Shown piece by piece: positions 1 to 10,085 of a DNA stretch of 64,000 nucleotides. The position numbers were made by a program, and so were the translations under genes. Position 1 is the first letter of the stretch, and each line of letters starts with the position of its first letter. The notes below the pieces were generated by a model. It was not told where the DNA came from, searched no databases, and saw only the letters and a list, made by a program, of their open reading frames with translations. The stretch lies in IMG/VR virus record IMGVR_UViG_3300001485_000179, positions 1,501 to 65,500 of that record. One strand, given 5' to 3'. Source of the stretch: a virus.

Positions 1-248
1 AAGTTATTTTAGATGAAGACAATTGTTTATTTAATACTAACTATTTTGGAAAAGATATTATAGAAACAATATATTCTAAGAAAAATGTAGACTCTTCTAT
101 ATTTGTAAGAGATGACAATGACAAAATAGATTATGAAATCATAAAAGAAAAAATATCATTTGAAGATTTTACTAAATTAACAGAATCCGAAAAAGAAAAA
201 ATATCATTTGAAGATTTTACTAAATTAACAGAATCCGACGATAAGTAG
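1..248 (+). CDS. 3' part of hypothetical phage protein (truncated by window start)
   Basis: Open frame from nt 3 (VILDEDNC...IFVRDDNDKIDYEII...) to TAG at 246-248, directly followed by the RBS of the next gene. Confidence 0.75.
   Translation, partial: VILDEDNCLFNTNYFGKDIIETIYSKKNVDSSIFVRDDNDKIDYEIIKEKISFEDFTKLTESEKEKISFEDFTKLTESDDK
143..238 (+). repeat. Perfect 48-bp tandem duplication, in frame (KEKISFEDFTKLTES x2)
   Basis: aaaagaaaaaatatcatttgaagattttactaaattaacagaatccga at 143-190 and 191-238. Confidence 0.95.
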
Positions 249-260
249 GAGGTGTAGCTA

Positions 261-806
261 ATGAATAACAGCAGCGTAGAAGAAAATTATTTTAATTGGC
301 TATATGATAAAATATGTTCTAAAAGAGCTCATGATGATATATCATATTTTAAAATATTAGGTTTGCTATATCATAGGGATTTTTATTATACAATTAAAAT
401 GGATGCGAACAGAGCAGTAGATGGAATTTGTTTGAGATATTATTTTGATACGGAAACAAATCCGGATACTTTATTAGCCGCTAATACTATTGTAAAGACG
501 TGTAGTATATTAGAAATGATGTATGCATTAGCTATAAAAATTGAATGCGAATATATGGATGATCCTAGATACGGAGACAGAACTGCACAATGGTTTTGGG
601 AAATGATGAAAAATTTAGGATTAAGTATGATGACTGATGATAATTATGACGAAAATATAGCTAATGAAATAATTGATAAATTTTTAAATAGAGACTACGA
701 TCGCGATGGAAAGGGTAATATATTTTATGTCAGAGACTCATATGAAGATCAAAGAGATTTAGAAATATGGATTCAAGCGGAATGTTATTTAGCAAATATG
801 ATTTAA
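261..806 (+). CDS. Conserved phage hypothetical protein upstream of primase-polymerase
   Basis: 181-aa ORF with AGGAGGT RBS; motifs MDANRAVDG..LR, CSILEMM, WFWEMMKNLGL. Confidence 0.8.
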   Translation: MNNSSVEENYFNWLYDKICSKRAHDDISYFKILGLLYHRDFYYTIKMDANRAVDGICLRYYFDTETNPDTLLAANTIVKTCSILEMMYALAIKIECEYMDDPRYGDRTAQWFWEMMKNLGLSMMTDDNYDENIANEIIDKFLNRDYDRDGKGNIFYVRDSYEDQRDLEIWIQAECYLANMI

Positions 807-833
807 AATATATTAAGTAAAGGAGTGGTATAA

Positions 834-3800
834 ATGGCTGATTTTTTAATCGTATCTGAACATTATTGTAAAAATAATATTATAGAAATAGTTCCCAAAT
901 TTAAAGTATATCCTAAATCCACTGACTTAATGATACGAGGCGGCGATTTTTATGCAGTATGGTTAGAAGATAAAAAAATATGGTCTACGAATGAGGACGA
1001 TGCTTTAGCCATAATTGATAGTGAAATATATAAAGTTGCAGAGAAAGCTAATAAAGAAAATCCTGAGTGTACTATTGTTCCTAAGTATACTTGGGATTCT
1101 TCAAGTGGTTCTATTGATTCTTGGCATAAGTATTGTCAAAAACAAAAAAGAGATTCATTTGAAATGCTTGACGAACATATAGTTTTTTCAAATACAGATA
1201 TTAAAAAAGAAGATTATGCTAGTAAGAAACTACCTTATCCGTTAGAACCTGGTAATATAGATGCTTATGATAAATTAATATCTACTTTGTATTCACCAGA
1301 AGAAAGAAGAAAATTAGAATGGGCTATAGGTTCTATAGTTACTGGCGATTCTAAAAATATACAGAAATTTTTAGTGTTATATGGTGCTGCAGGTACTGGT
1401 AAATCTACAATATTAAATATAATACAACAATTATTTGATGGTTATTATTCTGTATTTGATGCCAAAGCATTAGGCTCTGCTAATAATTCATTTGCACTTG
1501 AATCTTTTAAGAGTAACCCATTAGTTGCTATTCAACACGATGGAGATTTATCAAGAATTGAAGATAATACTAGATTAAACAGTTTAGTATCTCATGAGTT
1601 AATGACAGTTAATGAAAAATTTAAATCTACATATTCTAATAGGTTTAAATGTTTTTTATTTATGGGGACTAATAAACCGGTAAAAATCACAGATGGTAAA
1701 TCAGGTTTAATAAGACGTTTGATAGATGTGCATCCTACTGGCGATAAAGTAAGTTCTAAAGAATATAAGACATTAACTAGTCAAATTAAATTTGAATTAG
1801 GTGCTATAGCATATCATTGTATGGAAGTATATAAAGAAAATCCAGGAGCATATGACCATTATATTCCTACATCAATGATGAGTGCATCAAATGATTTTTA
1901 TAACTTTGTACTTGATTCTTATCATATATTTAAGAGGGAAGATGGTGTTACTTTAAAATCAGCTTGGGAAATGTATAAAACATATTGTGATGAAGCTAAA
2001 GTAGGATACCCATTTTCTCAAAGAGCATTCAAGGAGGAACTTAAGAATTATTTTAAAGAGTATAACGATCGTTTCAATATTGATGGTGAAAGAGTTAGGA
2101 GTTATTATAGTGGTTTTAAAAAGGATATATTTAATTCTGAAGAACGTGAAAATATTGTAGAGATTCAACCAGAACAATATGTTATTGATTTTAAAGAGCA
2201 AGATTCTATATTTGATAAAGAATGTTTTGATTGTTTAGCTCAATATGCGAATGTAAATGAGATACCTAATAAAAAATGGGATGATGTAACAACAACTCTT
2301 AAAGAATTAGATACTCATAAAGTTCATTATGTTAAAATACCAGAAAATCATATAGTTATCGATTTTGATATAAAGGATGAGAACGGTAATAAATCTTATG
2401 AAAAGAATTTAGAAGCTGCTAGCAAATGGCCAAAGACATATGCCGAACTATCAAAAAGCGGTTCCGGAATACATCTACATTATATTTATACTGGAGACGT
2501 TACTAAATTAAGTAGAGTATACGCTGATAGTATAGAAATAAAAGTATTTACTGGCAAAAGTTCGTTAAGAAGAAAATTAACAAAGTGTAATAATTTACCA
2601 ATTTCTACTATAAATTCAGGGTTACCTATCAAGGAGGTTAAACGAGTGGTAAGTGATAATGTTATAAAAAGTGAGAAAAGTTTACGACAATTGATTGAAA
2701 GAAATTTAAATAAAGAGATTCATCCAGGTACTAAACCTAGTGTAGATTTTATATATAAAATATTAGAGGATTCATATGAACAAGGATTAACTTATGATGT
2801 TAGTAATATGAAGAACGATATTATTTCATTTGCTATGAATAGTACAAATCATTCTGATTATTGTTTAAAGCTTGTTAATAAAATGCATTTTAAATCTGAT
2901 GAACCGTCTATTAGTGTAGATAGTAAAAAAGATAAACTGGTATTTTATGATATTGAAGTATTTCCAAATTTATTTATAGTAAACTGGAAAATACGAGGTA
3001 AAGAAAATCCGATTATAAGAATGATAAATCCATTAGCAAAAGATATTGAAGATATGTTGCAGTATAAGATTATTGGATTTAATAATAGAAGGTATGATAA
3101 TCATATTATATATGCTAGATTATTAGGATATTCAAATGACCAATTATATAATCTGTCTCAAAGGATAATTGCTGGTGATAAGAACGCTTTCTTTGGCGAG
3201 GCTTATAATTTATCATATACTGATATTTATGATTTTGCATCTTCTGGAAATAAGAAATCTTTAAAGAAACTAGAAATCGAGATGGGTATCCACCATCAAG
3301 AATTAGGATTACCTTGGGACCAACCAGTTCCAGAAGAGTTATGGGCTAAGGTTGCAGAATATTGCGATAACGATGTAATTGCTACAGAAGCAGCATTTGA
3401 TTATTTAGAAGCTGATTGGACAGCAAGACAAATTCTAGCAGATTTAGCTGGAATGACAGTTAATGATACAACAAATACATTAACAACTAAAATTATATTT
3501 GGTAATAATAAGAAACCTCAAAGTGAATTCTGTTATAGAGATTTATCAAAGCCAGTATTTGAAATAGATGATGATGTCAAAGAATTCTTAGAAGAAGCTT
3601 GTCCTGAGATGATGGCTCAAGCACATGGACCAGAGCATAGTTTACTACCATATTTTCCAGGTTATGAATATAAAGCGGGAGTATCAACTTATAAAGGTGA
3701 AGAAGTTGGTGAAGGCGGCTTTGTATTTGCTGTACCTGGAATGTATAATAAAGTAGCACTATTGGATATAGCATCAATGCATCCACATAGTATAATTGCT

Positions 3801-4886
3801 GAGTGTTTATTTGGTCCTAAATTCACTAAGTATTTTAGGGAAATTGTAGAAGGTAGAGTTAGTATAAAGCACGAAGCTTGGGATGAGGTAAATAAAATGC
3901 TAGATGGCAAATTAACACCATATATTCAAAAGGTTAAAGATGGGGAAATGACATCTAAATCACTAGCAAATGCTTTGAAGACTGCTATAAATTCAGTATA
4001 TGGTTTAACTGCTGCTAACTTCGAGAATGCATTTAGAGATAATCGAAATAAAGATAATATTGTTGCTAAACGTGGTGCATTATTTATGGTTGATTTAAAA
4101 GAAGAAGTTCAAAAACGAGGATTCACAGTTGCTCATATCAAAACTGATTCTATAAAGATACCTAATGCAACACCAGAAATAATTAAATTTGTTATGGAAT
4201 TTGGTGAAAAGTACGGATATACATTTGAACATGAGGCTACATACGAGAAAATGTGTTTAGTAAATGATGCGGTATATATTGCTAAATATAGCGATTCTGA
4301 ATTATGTGAAAAAGAATATGGTTATGTTCCAAGCGATTGTATTAAACATGGTGGCGAATGGACCGCTACTGGTGCTCAATTTCAAGTTCCATATGTATTT
4401 AAGACATTATTTACTAAAGAACCAATTAAATTTGAAGATATGTGTGAAACTAAATCAGTTAAGTCAGCATTATATTTGGATTTGAACGAGAGTTTACCAG
4501 ATGTATCAGAAGCTGAAAAAGAAATGGATAAATTAAAGAAAAATCATAAACTTGGAAAAATATCTGACGGTGAATATGAAACTACTAAAATGGAATTAGA
4601 ATCTGAAATAAAAGAAGGTCATGATTATAAATTTGTCGGAAAAGTCGGTAACTTTTGTCCTATTTTACCAGGAAATGGCGGCGGATTATTAATGCGTGAC
4701 CAGGATGGAAAATATAATTCTGTTGGTGGTAGTAAAGGATATCGTTGGGTTGAATCAGAACTTATAAGAGATGATTTTGAAAAAGGAAACGATATAATCG
4801 ATAGGGGTTATTATAACGAATTAGTTGATGAAGCTGTCGAAACTATTTCACAATATGGTGATTTTGAAATGTTTGCTGATAGCTAA
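834..4886 (+). CDS. Fused SF3 (D5-like) helicase / AEP-type primase / 3'-5' exonuclease / family-B-like DNA polymerase
   Basis: Walker A GAAGTGKST; primase-like VIDFDIK and GIHLHY; exonuclease FYDIE, GFNNRRYD, YCDND; polymerase LLDIASMHPH, KTAINSVYG, KTDSI. Confidence 0.9.
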   Translation: MADFLIVSEHYCKNNIIEIVPKFKVYPKSTDLMIRGGDFYAVWLEDKKIWSTNEDDALAIIDSEIYKVAEKANKENPECTIVPKYTWDSSSGSIDSWHKYCQKQKRDSFEMLDEHIVFSNTDIKKEDYASKKLPYPLEPGNIDAYDKLISTLYSPEERRKLEWAIGSIVTGDSKNIQKFLVLYGAAGTGKSTILNIIQQLFDGYYSVFDAKALGSANNSFALESFKSNPLVAIQHDGDLSRIEDNTRLNSLVSHELMTVNEKFKSTYSNRFKCFLFMGTNKPVKITDGKSGLIRRLIDVHPTGDKVSSKEYKTLTSQIKFELGAIAYHCMEVYKENPGAYDHYIPTSMMSASNDFYNFVLDSYHIFKREDGVTLKSAWEMYKTYCDEAKVGYPFSQRAFKEELKNYFKEYNDRFNIDGERVRSYYSGFKKDIFNSEERENIVEIQPEQYVIDFKEQDSIFDKECFDCLAQYANVNEIPNKKWDDVTTTLKELDTHKVHYVKIPENHIVIDFDIKDENGNKSYEKNLEAASKWPKTYAELSKSGSGIHLHYIYTGDVTKLSRVYADSIEIKVFTGKSSLRRKLTKCNNLPISTINSGLPIKEVKRVVSDNVIKSEKSLRQLIERNLNKEIHPGTKPSVDFIYKILEDSYEQGLTYDVSNMKNDIISFAMNSTNHSDYCLKLVNKMHFKSDEPSISVDSKKDKLVFYDIEVFPNLFIVNWKIRGKENPIIRMINPLAKDIEDMLQYKIIGFNNRRYDNHIIYARLLGYSNDQLYNLSQRIIAGDKNAFFGEAYNLSYTDIYDFASSGNKKSLKKLEIEMGIHHQELGLPWDQPVPEELWAKVAEYCDNDVIATEAAFDYLEADWTARQILADLAGMTVNDTTNTLTTKIIFGNNKKPQSEFCYRDLSKPVFEIDDDVKEFLEEACPEMMAQAHGPEHSLLPYFPGYEYKAGVSTYKGEEVGEGGFVFAVPGMYNKVALLDIASMHPHSIIAECLFGPKFTKYFREIVEGRVSIKHEAWDEVNKMLDGKLTPYIQKVKDGEMTSKSLANALKTAINSVYGLTAANFENAFRDNRNKDNIVAKRGALFMVDLKEEVQKRGFTVAHIKTDSIKIPNATPEIIKFVMEFGEKYGYTFEHEATYEKMCLVNDAVYIAKYSDSELCEKEYGYVPSDCIKHGGEWTATGAQFQVPYVFKTLFTKEPIKFEDMCETKSVKSALYLDLNESLPDVSEAEKEMDKLKKNHKLGKISDGEYETTKMELESEIKEGHDYKFVGKVGNFCPILPGNGGGLLMRDQDGKYNSVGGSKGYRWVESELIRDDFEKGNDIIDRGYYNELVDEAVETISQYGDFEMFADS

Positions 4887-4914
4887 TTCGCGTAAAAAAC
4901 ATATGATATAATGA
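4887..4914 (+). promoter_or_regulatory. Phage promoter motif TTCGCG-N7-CA-N5-TATAATGA (copy 1)
   Basis: ttcgcgtaaaaaacatatgatataatga; same motif and spacing recur at 11 other sites, nearly all intergenic. Confidence 0.85.
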
Positions 4915-4915
4915 G

Positions 4916-5030
4916 AAGAATAGACGGATATACCAATCCGAATTATATATAGAATGGGAACGATTTAGAAGACTCATAGTGGTAGGTTAGAAAAGTATAA
5001 ATCGATATATAATTTACTATTCTTTTTTAT
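4916..5030 (+). ncRNA. Candidate structured small RNA (~110 nt)
   Basis: Directly after a promoter; nested complementary pairs 4916-4923/5017-5024, 4925-4929/4936-4940, 4941-4950/5005-5014, 4961-4967/4998-5004; ends in T-run; no RBS-led ORF. Confidence 0.6.
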
Positions 5031-5071
5031 TTTTTATATAATTTTCAAGGAAAGAAAAGGAGAGATGAATA

Positions 5072-5575
5072 ATGGAAATTAATAGAAAAGGTGAAAATTT
5101 AGAGTTTAATGGAGCAAGAATAGTTTACAGAAATTTTACAGGAGAAATAAGTAAATTTAATCAAAACGGAGAAAGAAGTTTCTCAATAGTCATTGGTAAT
5201 GGAACTCTTGATGGAAAAAAAATGAGTTCTGATGAAATATGTGATGTATTGGAAAAAGATGGATGGCATATAAAAAGAAAGCCTGCTGTAGAAGAAGGTG
5301 AAGATCCTTTTAATTATTTGAACGTTAAAGTCAAATTTGGAGGACCTGGTAGAAATCCATCAGTTTATATCAACGATAGTGTTAACGCAAGAAAGATCGG
5401 AGAAGATTTAGTAAGCATGATTGATGACTTAAATGTCAGTAATGTTGACGCTATTATTAGACCATATAATTGGACTATGGGTAATAAAAGTGGCACTACA
5501 GCATATTTACAATCAATATGGGTTGATTTTATACCTGATAGATTTGCTGCTAGATTAAATAATATGGGAGAATAA
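5072..5575 (+). CDS. Putative single-stranded DNA-binding protein
   Basis: RIVYRNFTG, GERSF, IIRPYNW, TAYLQ motifs; sits between polymerase and helicase. Confidence 0.7.
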   Translation: MEINRKGENLEFNGARIVYRNFTGEISKFNQNGERSFSIVIGNGTLDGKKMSSDEICDVLEKDGWHIKRKPAVEEGEDPFNYLNVKVKFGGPGRNPSVYINDSVNARKIGEDLVSMIDDLNVSNVDAIIRPYNWTMGNKSGTTAYLQSIWVDFIPDRFAARLNNMGE

Positions 5576-5588
5576 AGGAGAAATAAAT

Positions 5589-5876
5589 ATGGTATTAAGT
5601 AAAAGTGATTTAATAAATTTATCAAAGAATATGGTAGTTAAATACTGCAATGATAACTATTTTAAAGGTTTTAAAAAGATTACAAGTGATGATATAGAGA
5701 TAACAAAATGTTCTAGAAATTGGAATATTAGAATTATCAAATTAGCCGTTAAAGACGGTAAGAAAATAAGAAAATTTAGAGTTAAGTATAATTATTATAC
5801 AAAAGAAATAACTTCTTATGAATATAAAACAATCGGAAGGATTAAGAAAGATGATATAAATGAGTTTAAACAATAA
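5589..5876 (+). CDS. Hypothetical basic protein
   Basis: 95-aa ORF with AAGGAG RBS. Confidence 0.6.
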   Translation: MVLSKSDLINLSKNMVVKYCNDNYFKGFKKITSDDIEITKCSRNWNIRIIKLAVKDGKKIRKFRVKYNYYTKEITSYEYKTIGRIKKDDINEFKQ

Positions 5877-7083
5877 ACAATTTTTATATCCTTATCAAAT
5901 GGACGCAGTAAATAAAATGTGTAACGGTTGTATACTTAATGGTGGGGTTGGTTCTGGTAAATCTAGAACCGCCCTTTACTATTATTTTAAAGAGCATGGT
6001 GGTAGCATTAATCCAGATTATGTTCCAATGAAAGTACCTGTACGAGATTTATATATTATAACAACAGCTAGAAAGAGAGATACTCTTGAATGGGAAGGCG
6101 AACTTACTCATTTTCTATTATCAACTGATGAAGAACAATATAAAAGATATGGTAATCATATATATGTTGATAGTTGGAATAATATTAAAAAATATCAGAA
6201 TGTATACGGGTCCTTTTTTATTTTTGATGAGCAAAGACTTGTTGGTTCTGGTGCTTGGGTAAAAGCTTTTTATAAAATAGCTAAGAAAAATAAGTGGATT
6301 ATATTATCAGCTACTCCAGGAGATTGCTGGTCTGATTATATTCCTGTTTTCGTTGCAAATGGTTTCTATAAAAATAAAACAGAATTTGTAGCAGAACATG
6401 TAGTATTCTCTAGATTTGCAAAGTATCCTAAAATAGAAAAATATATAAATGTGCAACCTTTGATAGAATATAAGAATAAGATATTAATAAATATGGATTT
6501 TAAAAGAGATACTATTAGACATCATGAAAGTATATATACTAACTATGATAAAGAATTATATAATGTTACTATGAAGAAAAAATGGAATCCATTTACAAAT
6601 GAACCAGTTAAACAAATTAGTGAGTTATGTTATGTTCTTAGAAAAATAGTAAATGATGATTCTGATAGAATAGTTAAAGTTTGCGAGATATTAGAGAATT
6701 GTAAAAAAGCTATAATATTTTATAATTTTGATTATGAATTAGAGGCTCTTTTAAATATTAAAATGCCTGGTTATGAGGTAAAACAATGGAATGGGCATAA
6801 ACATGAACCATTACCATCTGGTGATAATTGGATGTATTTAGTACAGTATTCAGCTGGAGCAGAAGGTTGGAACTGTATATATTGTGATACTATTATATTT
6901 TATAGTCAAAACTATAGTTATAAAATAATGGAACAAGCATCCGGACGAATTGATAGGTTAAACACACCATATAAAGATTTATATTATTATCATTTGAAGA
7001 GTAAATCCGGAATAGATTTAGCTATATCAAGAGCTTTATCACTAAAGAAAAATTTTAATGAAAATAATTATATAGTCTGGTAA
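5860..7083 (+). CDS. SF2 (SNF2-like) DNA helicase
   Basis: LYPYQ, GVGSGKS (Walker A), IFDE (Walker B), LSATP, GAEGWN, QASGRIDR. Confidence 0.9.
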   Translation: MSLNNKQFLYPYQMDAVNKMCNGCILNGGVGSGKSRTALYYYFKEHGGSINPDYVPMKVPVRDLYIITTARKRDTLEWEGELTHFLLSTDEEQYKRYGNHIYVDSWNNIKKYQNVYGSFFIFDEQRLVGSGAWVKAFYKIAKKNKWIILSATPGDCWSDYIPVFVANGFYKNKTEFVAEHVVFSRFAKYPKIEKYINVQPLIEYKNKILINMDFKRDTIRHHESIYTNYDKELYNVTMKKKWNPFTNEPVKQISELCYVLRKIVNDDSDRIVKVCEILENCKKAIIFYNFDYELEALLNIKMPGYEVKQWNGHKHEPLPSGDNWMYLVQYSAGAEGWNCIYCDTIIFYSQNYSYKIMEQASGRIDRLNTPYKDLYYYHLKSKSGIDLAISRALSLKKNFNENNYIVW

Positions 7084-7095
7084 GGAGGGCTAATT

Positions 7096-7272
7096 ATGGA
7101 AAATGAAGAAAAAGAAGTGGATTTTTATAAATATTGTCCAATATGTAAGCATATGAAAAAGGCTGGTACTAGTGAACCATGTAATACCTGTTTAGATAAT
7201 CCAGTTAATATTAATAGTCGAAAGCCTGTTAAATTTGAAGAAAATAACGATAAGGAAAAGAAAGGAAAATAA
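7096..7272 (+). CDS. Small Cys-rich (putative Zn-binding) protein, 58 aa; absent from ORF track
   Basis: AAGGAGG RBS; MENEEKEVDFYKYCPICKH...EPCNTCLDNP... Confidence 0.75.
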   Translation: MENEEKEVDFYKYCPICKHMKKAGTSEPCNTCLDNPVNINSRKPVKFEENNDKEKKGK

Positions 7273-7697
7273 TATGGGTACTGAAAATAGAAAAAATAGT
7301 AAGTGGACTAAAACCGATTATGAAAGAGTTGTAGATAGTAATATAAAATTAGTGGATCAAAACAAACAATTACGATTAGATATTGATTTAATAATTAGAT
7401 ATTTTACAAATAAAAATCGTTTAAATCCGGAGGAAATAAGAATAGCAGAAGTAGTTATTAAAAGCTATTCTAGAGTAGATGAAGGGAAGATGAGAGATGC
7501 GAGTGCTTAAAGCAACTTATGCTAATAACGATAAAGATGTTGAATATATTAAGCGAAACAGATTTAAATTATTCAATAATATAATTATTGCACCATCTAA
7601 TATTATGGATAAAATAACTTTAGATGATAAATTATATAAACAATTAATAATTCAACAAAATAGATTTGCTATTAATAACTATAGGGACATAAAATAA

Positions 7698-7725
7698 TTC
7701 GCGTAAAAAACACTTCTTATAATGA
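7698..7725 (+). promoter_or_regulatory. Phage promoter motif (copy 2), upstream of membrane-anchored ORF 7744-7986
   Basis: ttcgcgtaaaaaacacttcttataatga. Confidence 0.85.
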
Positions 7726-7984
7726 GAAGGAGATGAATTATATATGTTAAAAAAATTAGATATGATAGGTAGTACTGAGGAGGATTTAAAGATGAATGAA
7801 ATCATCAAAAATAATCAAATTAAAACTAGAATGCTTAATAATGAAAGAAATAAAAAAAATAAATTAAAAGCAAAATGGGATAGATTTGAAAATGCGATGA
7901 TTTATGCAATTTTTGGATTATTAAGTGCTGGAACTATGATTGGAGTAATGTTTTTAATATCAATAATTGAAAATTTGAAATTTT

Positions 7985-8019
7985 AAGAGTTTAGGCGATT
8001 GACCTAGACTCTTATTTTT
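7985..8019 (+). terminator. Intrinsic terminator closing the 7698 cassette
   Basis: AAGAGTTTAGG/CCTAGACTCTT stem followed by atttttt-like run. Confidence 0.7.
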
Positions 8020-9449
8020 AAATAATTAGGAGTGATTTGTGATGAGTGAAATAAATATTAAAAATAAATATATTAGAACATCACGAGGTTATATAGGAAA
8101 AATTGATGCTGAGAGGTTGTCAAAAAATCAATTTCAATTTCATTTAGATAGTAATGAAGGGGATATTAACGATGAACATAATATATCTATAATGAATAAA
8201 TCTATAAAATGGAATGGATACAATGAAATAATTAAAGGTGCTGGACCTACAAATAATATATTAAAGTTATTAATAACTGGAGATATTGTAGTTATCGAAT
8301 ATTTTAATGGTGTTGAGACAGTTAGAGATACAGCTATAGTAAAAAGAAAAGATGATGAAAATAATATCATTTTATATTTCGATACTGGAACAGATCAATT
8401 ATTTAGATATTCTGATAATAGATTAGAATATGTTAGAAAGTTAAATTTATTAAAAAATGATGATTTATATACCACAGTAGGACCGAATAAAATAAAACCT
8501 AAAATAATAAGAATATTAACTGTTGAAAAAGTATTTATTGAAGGGTACAAATTATGATAAAAATAGAGGATTTGGAGTGTAAGTATTGTAAACCTGGCTC
8601 AATAATAGATATAAGTGGTGATTTACCGATAAGAATTGAAGTGGATCCAGACGGATATATAATATCTATTTACAATGGTATACATGAAGCAATTAAAATA
8701 AATTATTGTCCTATTTGCGGTAAAAAATTAAAAAAGGAGATTAAAAATGTCAGATGATAAAATAGATGATATTTTAAAAAAATTAAAGGTTATATTTCTC
8801 ACAGTATTGATAACTTTTATAATATTTATTGTGATATATTGTGAAATTTCAGGCGGTTGGTTTTAATTTAAATAATATTTTAAGAGGTGATTTATAATGG
8901 ATAAAAAAGAAATGATTTATAATATGTATAAAGATAGTGTTATAGTTAGTAAAAAATTTAAAAATATGTTAAAAGAAAAATATGGATTTAATGCCGTAGA
9001 AGCTGATGATTTATTTGTTAGAATAAATAATTATCAAATAAAGAAATATGGTGGTCGATTAGATGTTGATACACAAATCGGATTGACTAAAGAAGAATTG
9101 AAACATATAAATAAAATGGCTAGACAACGAGAAAATTCTAGAAAATATAGATAGGTGATATTTATGGCAGAATATATAATAGATAAAAGTACAAATGAAA
9201 AGTATGAATATGTTGTTTGGCGAATGAGTAGTACTGGAAACGGTAGTTGTTCTAAAAGTGTATTTCATAGCAATGATGAATCAGAATGCAAAAAGTTTAT
9301 TAGTAAACAACGTAGAAAAGATTCTTATAGAGCTAAGAAATTATTAAAACAACAAGAAAGTATCTCAGAAAAAAGACGTGTTTTACAAGAAGAGTATAAC
9401 GAAAGAATGCAATGTGTTAAAGGATACAGAAAAGATACGGAGGTTATTT

Positions 9450-10085
9450 ATGACTGATTTTGAACAATGGTATTGTGAGCATGATATATTAACAACTTAC
9501 AAAGCAGTTGTCGAGCATGAACATTTTATGAAAAGATATCATAAATTAGTATTAGATAATGAAAAACTTGTTTATTATGTTATTAAAAAATTAGGCATAA
9601 ATAAAGACAAAGATAATTTTTATGATATTGGTATGATTGGATTGTGTAAAGCTGCTAGAAGTTTTGATAGTAAATCTGATACGAAATTTAGTACTTATGC
9701 AATATCTTGTATTAAACATGAGATATATAATTATGGTAATAAAAAAGTGAATAAGCAATGGTTCAATATGCTTAGTTTAAATACTGATGCAACTGGATAC
9801 GGTGCAGATGTTATAGAATTAATACCAGACAATATAGATGTAGAAAATAGTGTTATAGAAAAAGAAACATATAAAGAATTGTATAATGCTATTAATCAAT
9901 TATCAGATATTGAGCAATTTGTTATAAACCACACATATGGTTTGAATGGGTGTAGTGTATTAACACAGAAAACTATTTTAAAAATGATATATAAAAAATT
10001 TGGTATTCAATATTGTCAATGCCAAGTTTCAAGAATTAAAACAAAAGCTATTAAAAAGTTAAAAAAGTTATTAAAAAATTTATAA
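9450..10085 (+). CDS. Sigma-70 family sigma factor (SigF/G/K-like regions 2 and 4)
   Basis: LVYYVIKK..FYDIGMIGLCKAARSFD..KFSTYAISCIKHEI; C-terminal LTQ..QVSRIKTKAIKKLK; GGAGG RBS supports ATG 9450. Confidence 0.85.
   Translation: MTDFEQWYCEHDILTTYKAVVEHEHFMKRYHKLVLDNEKLVYYVIKKLGINKDKDNFYDIGMIGLCKAARSFDSKSDTKFSTYAISCIKHEIYNYGNKKVNKQWFNMLSLNTDATGYGADVIELIPDNIDVENSVIEKETYKELYNAINQLSDIEQFVINHTYGLNGCSVLTQKTILKMIYKKFGIQYCQCQVSRIKTKAIKKLKKLLKNL

Noticed and set aside
4911-4952. 13-aa ORF MRRIDGYTNPNYI
   Set aside because: Its ATG overlaps the -10 box, so it would lie upstream of the transcript start
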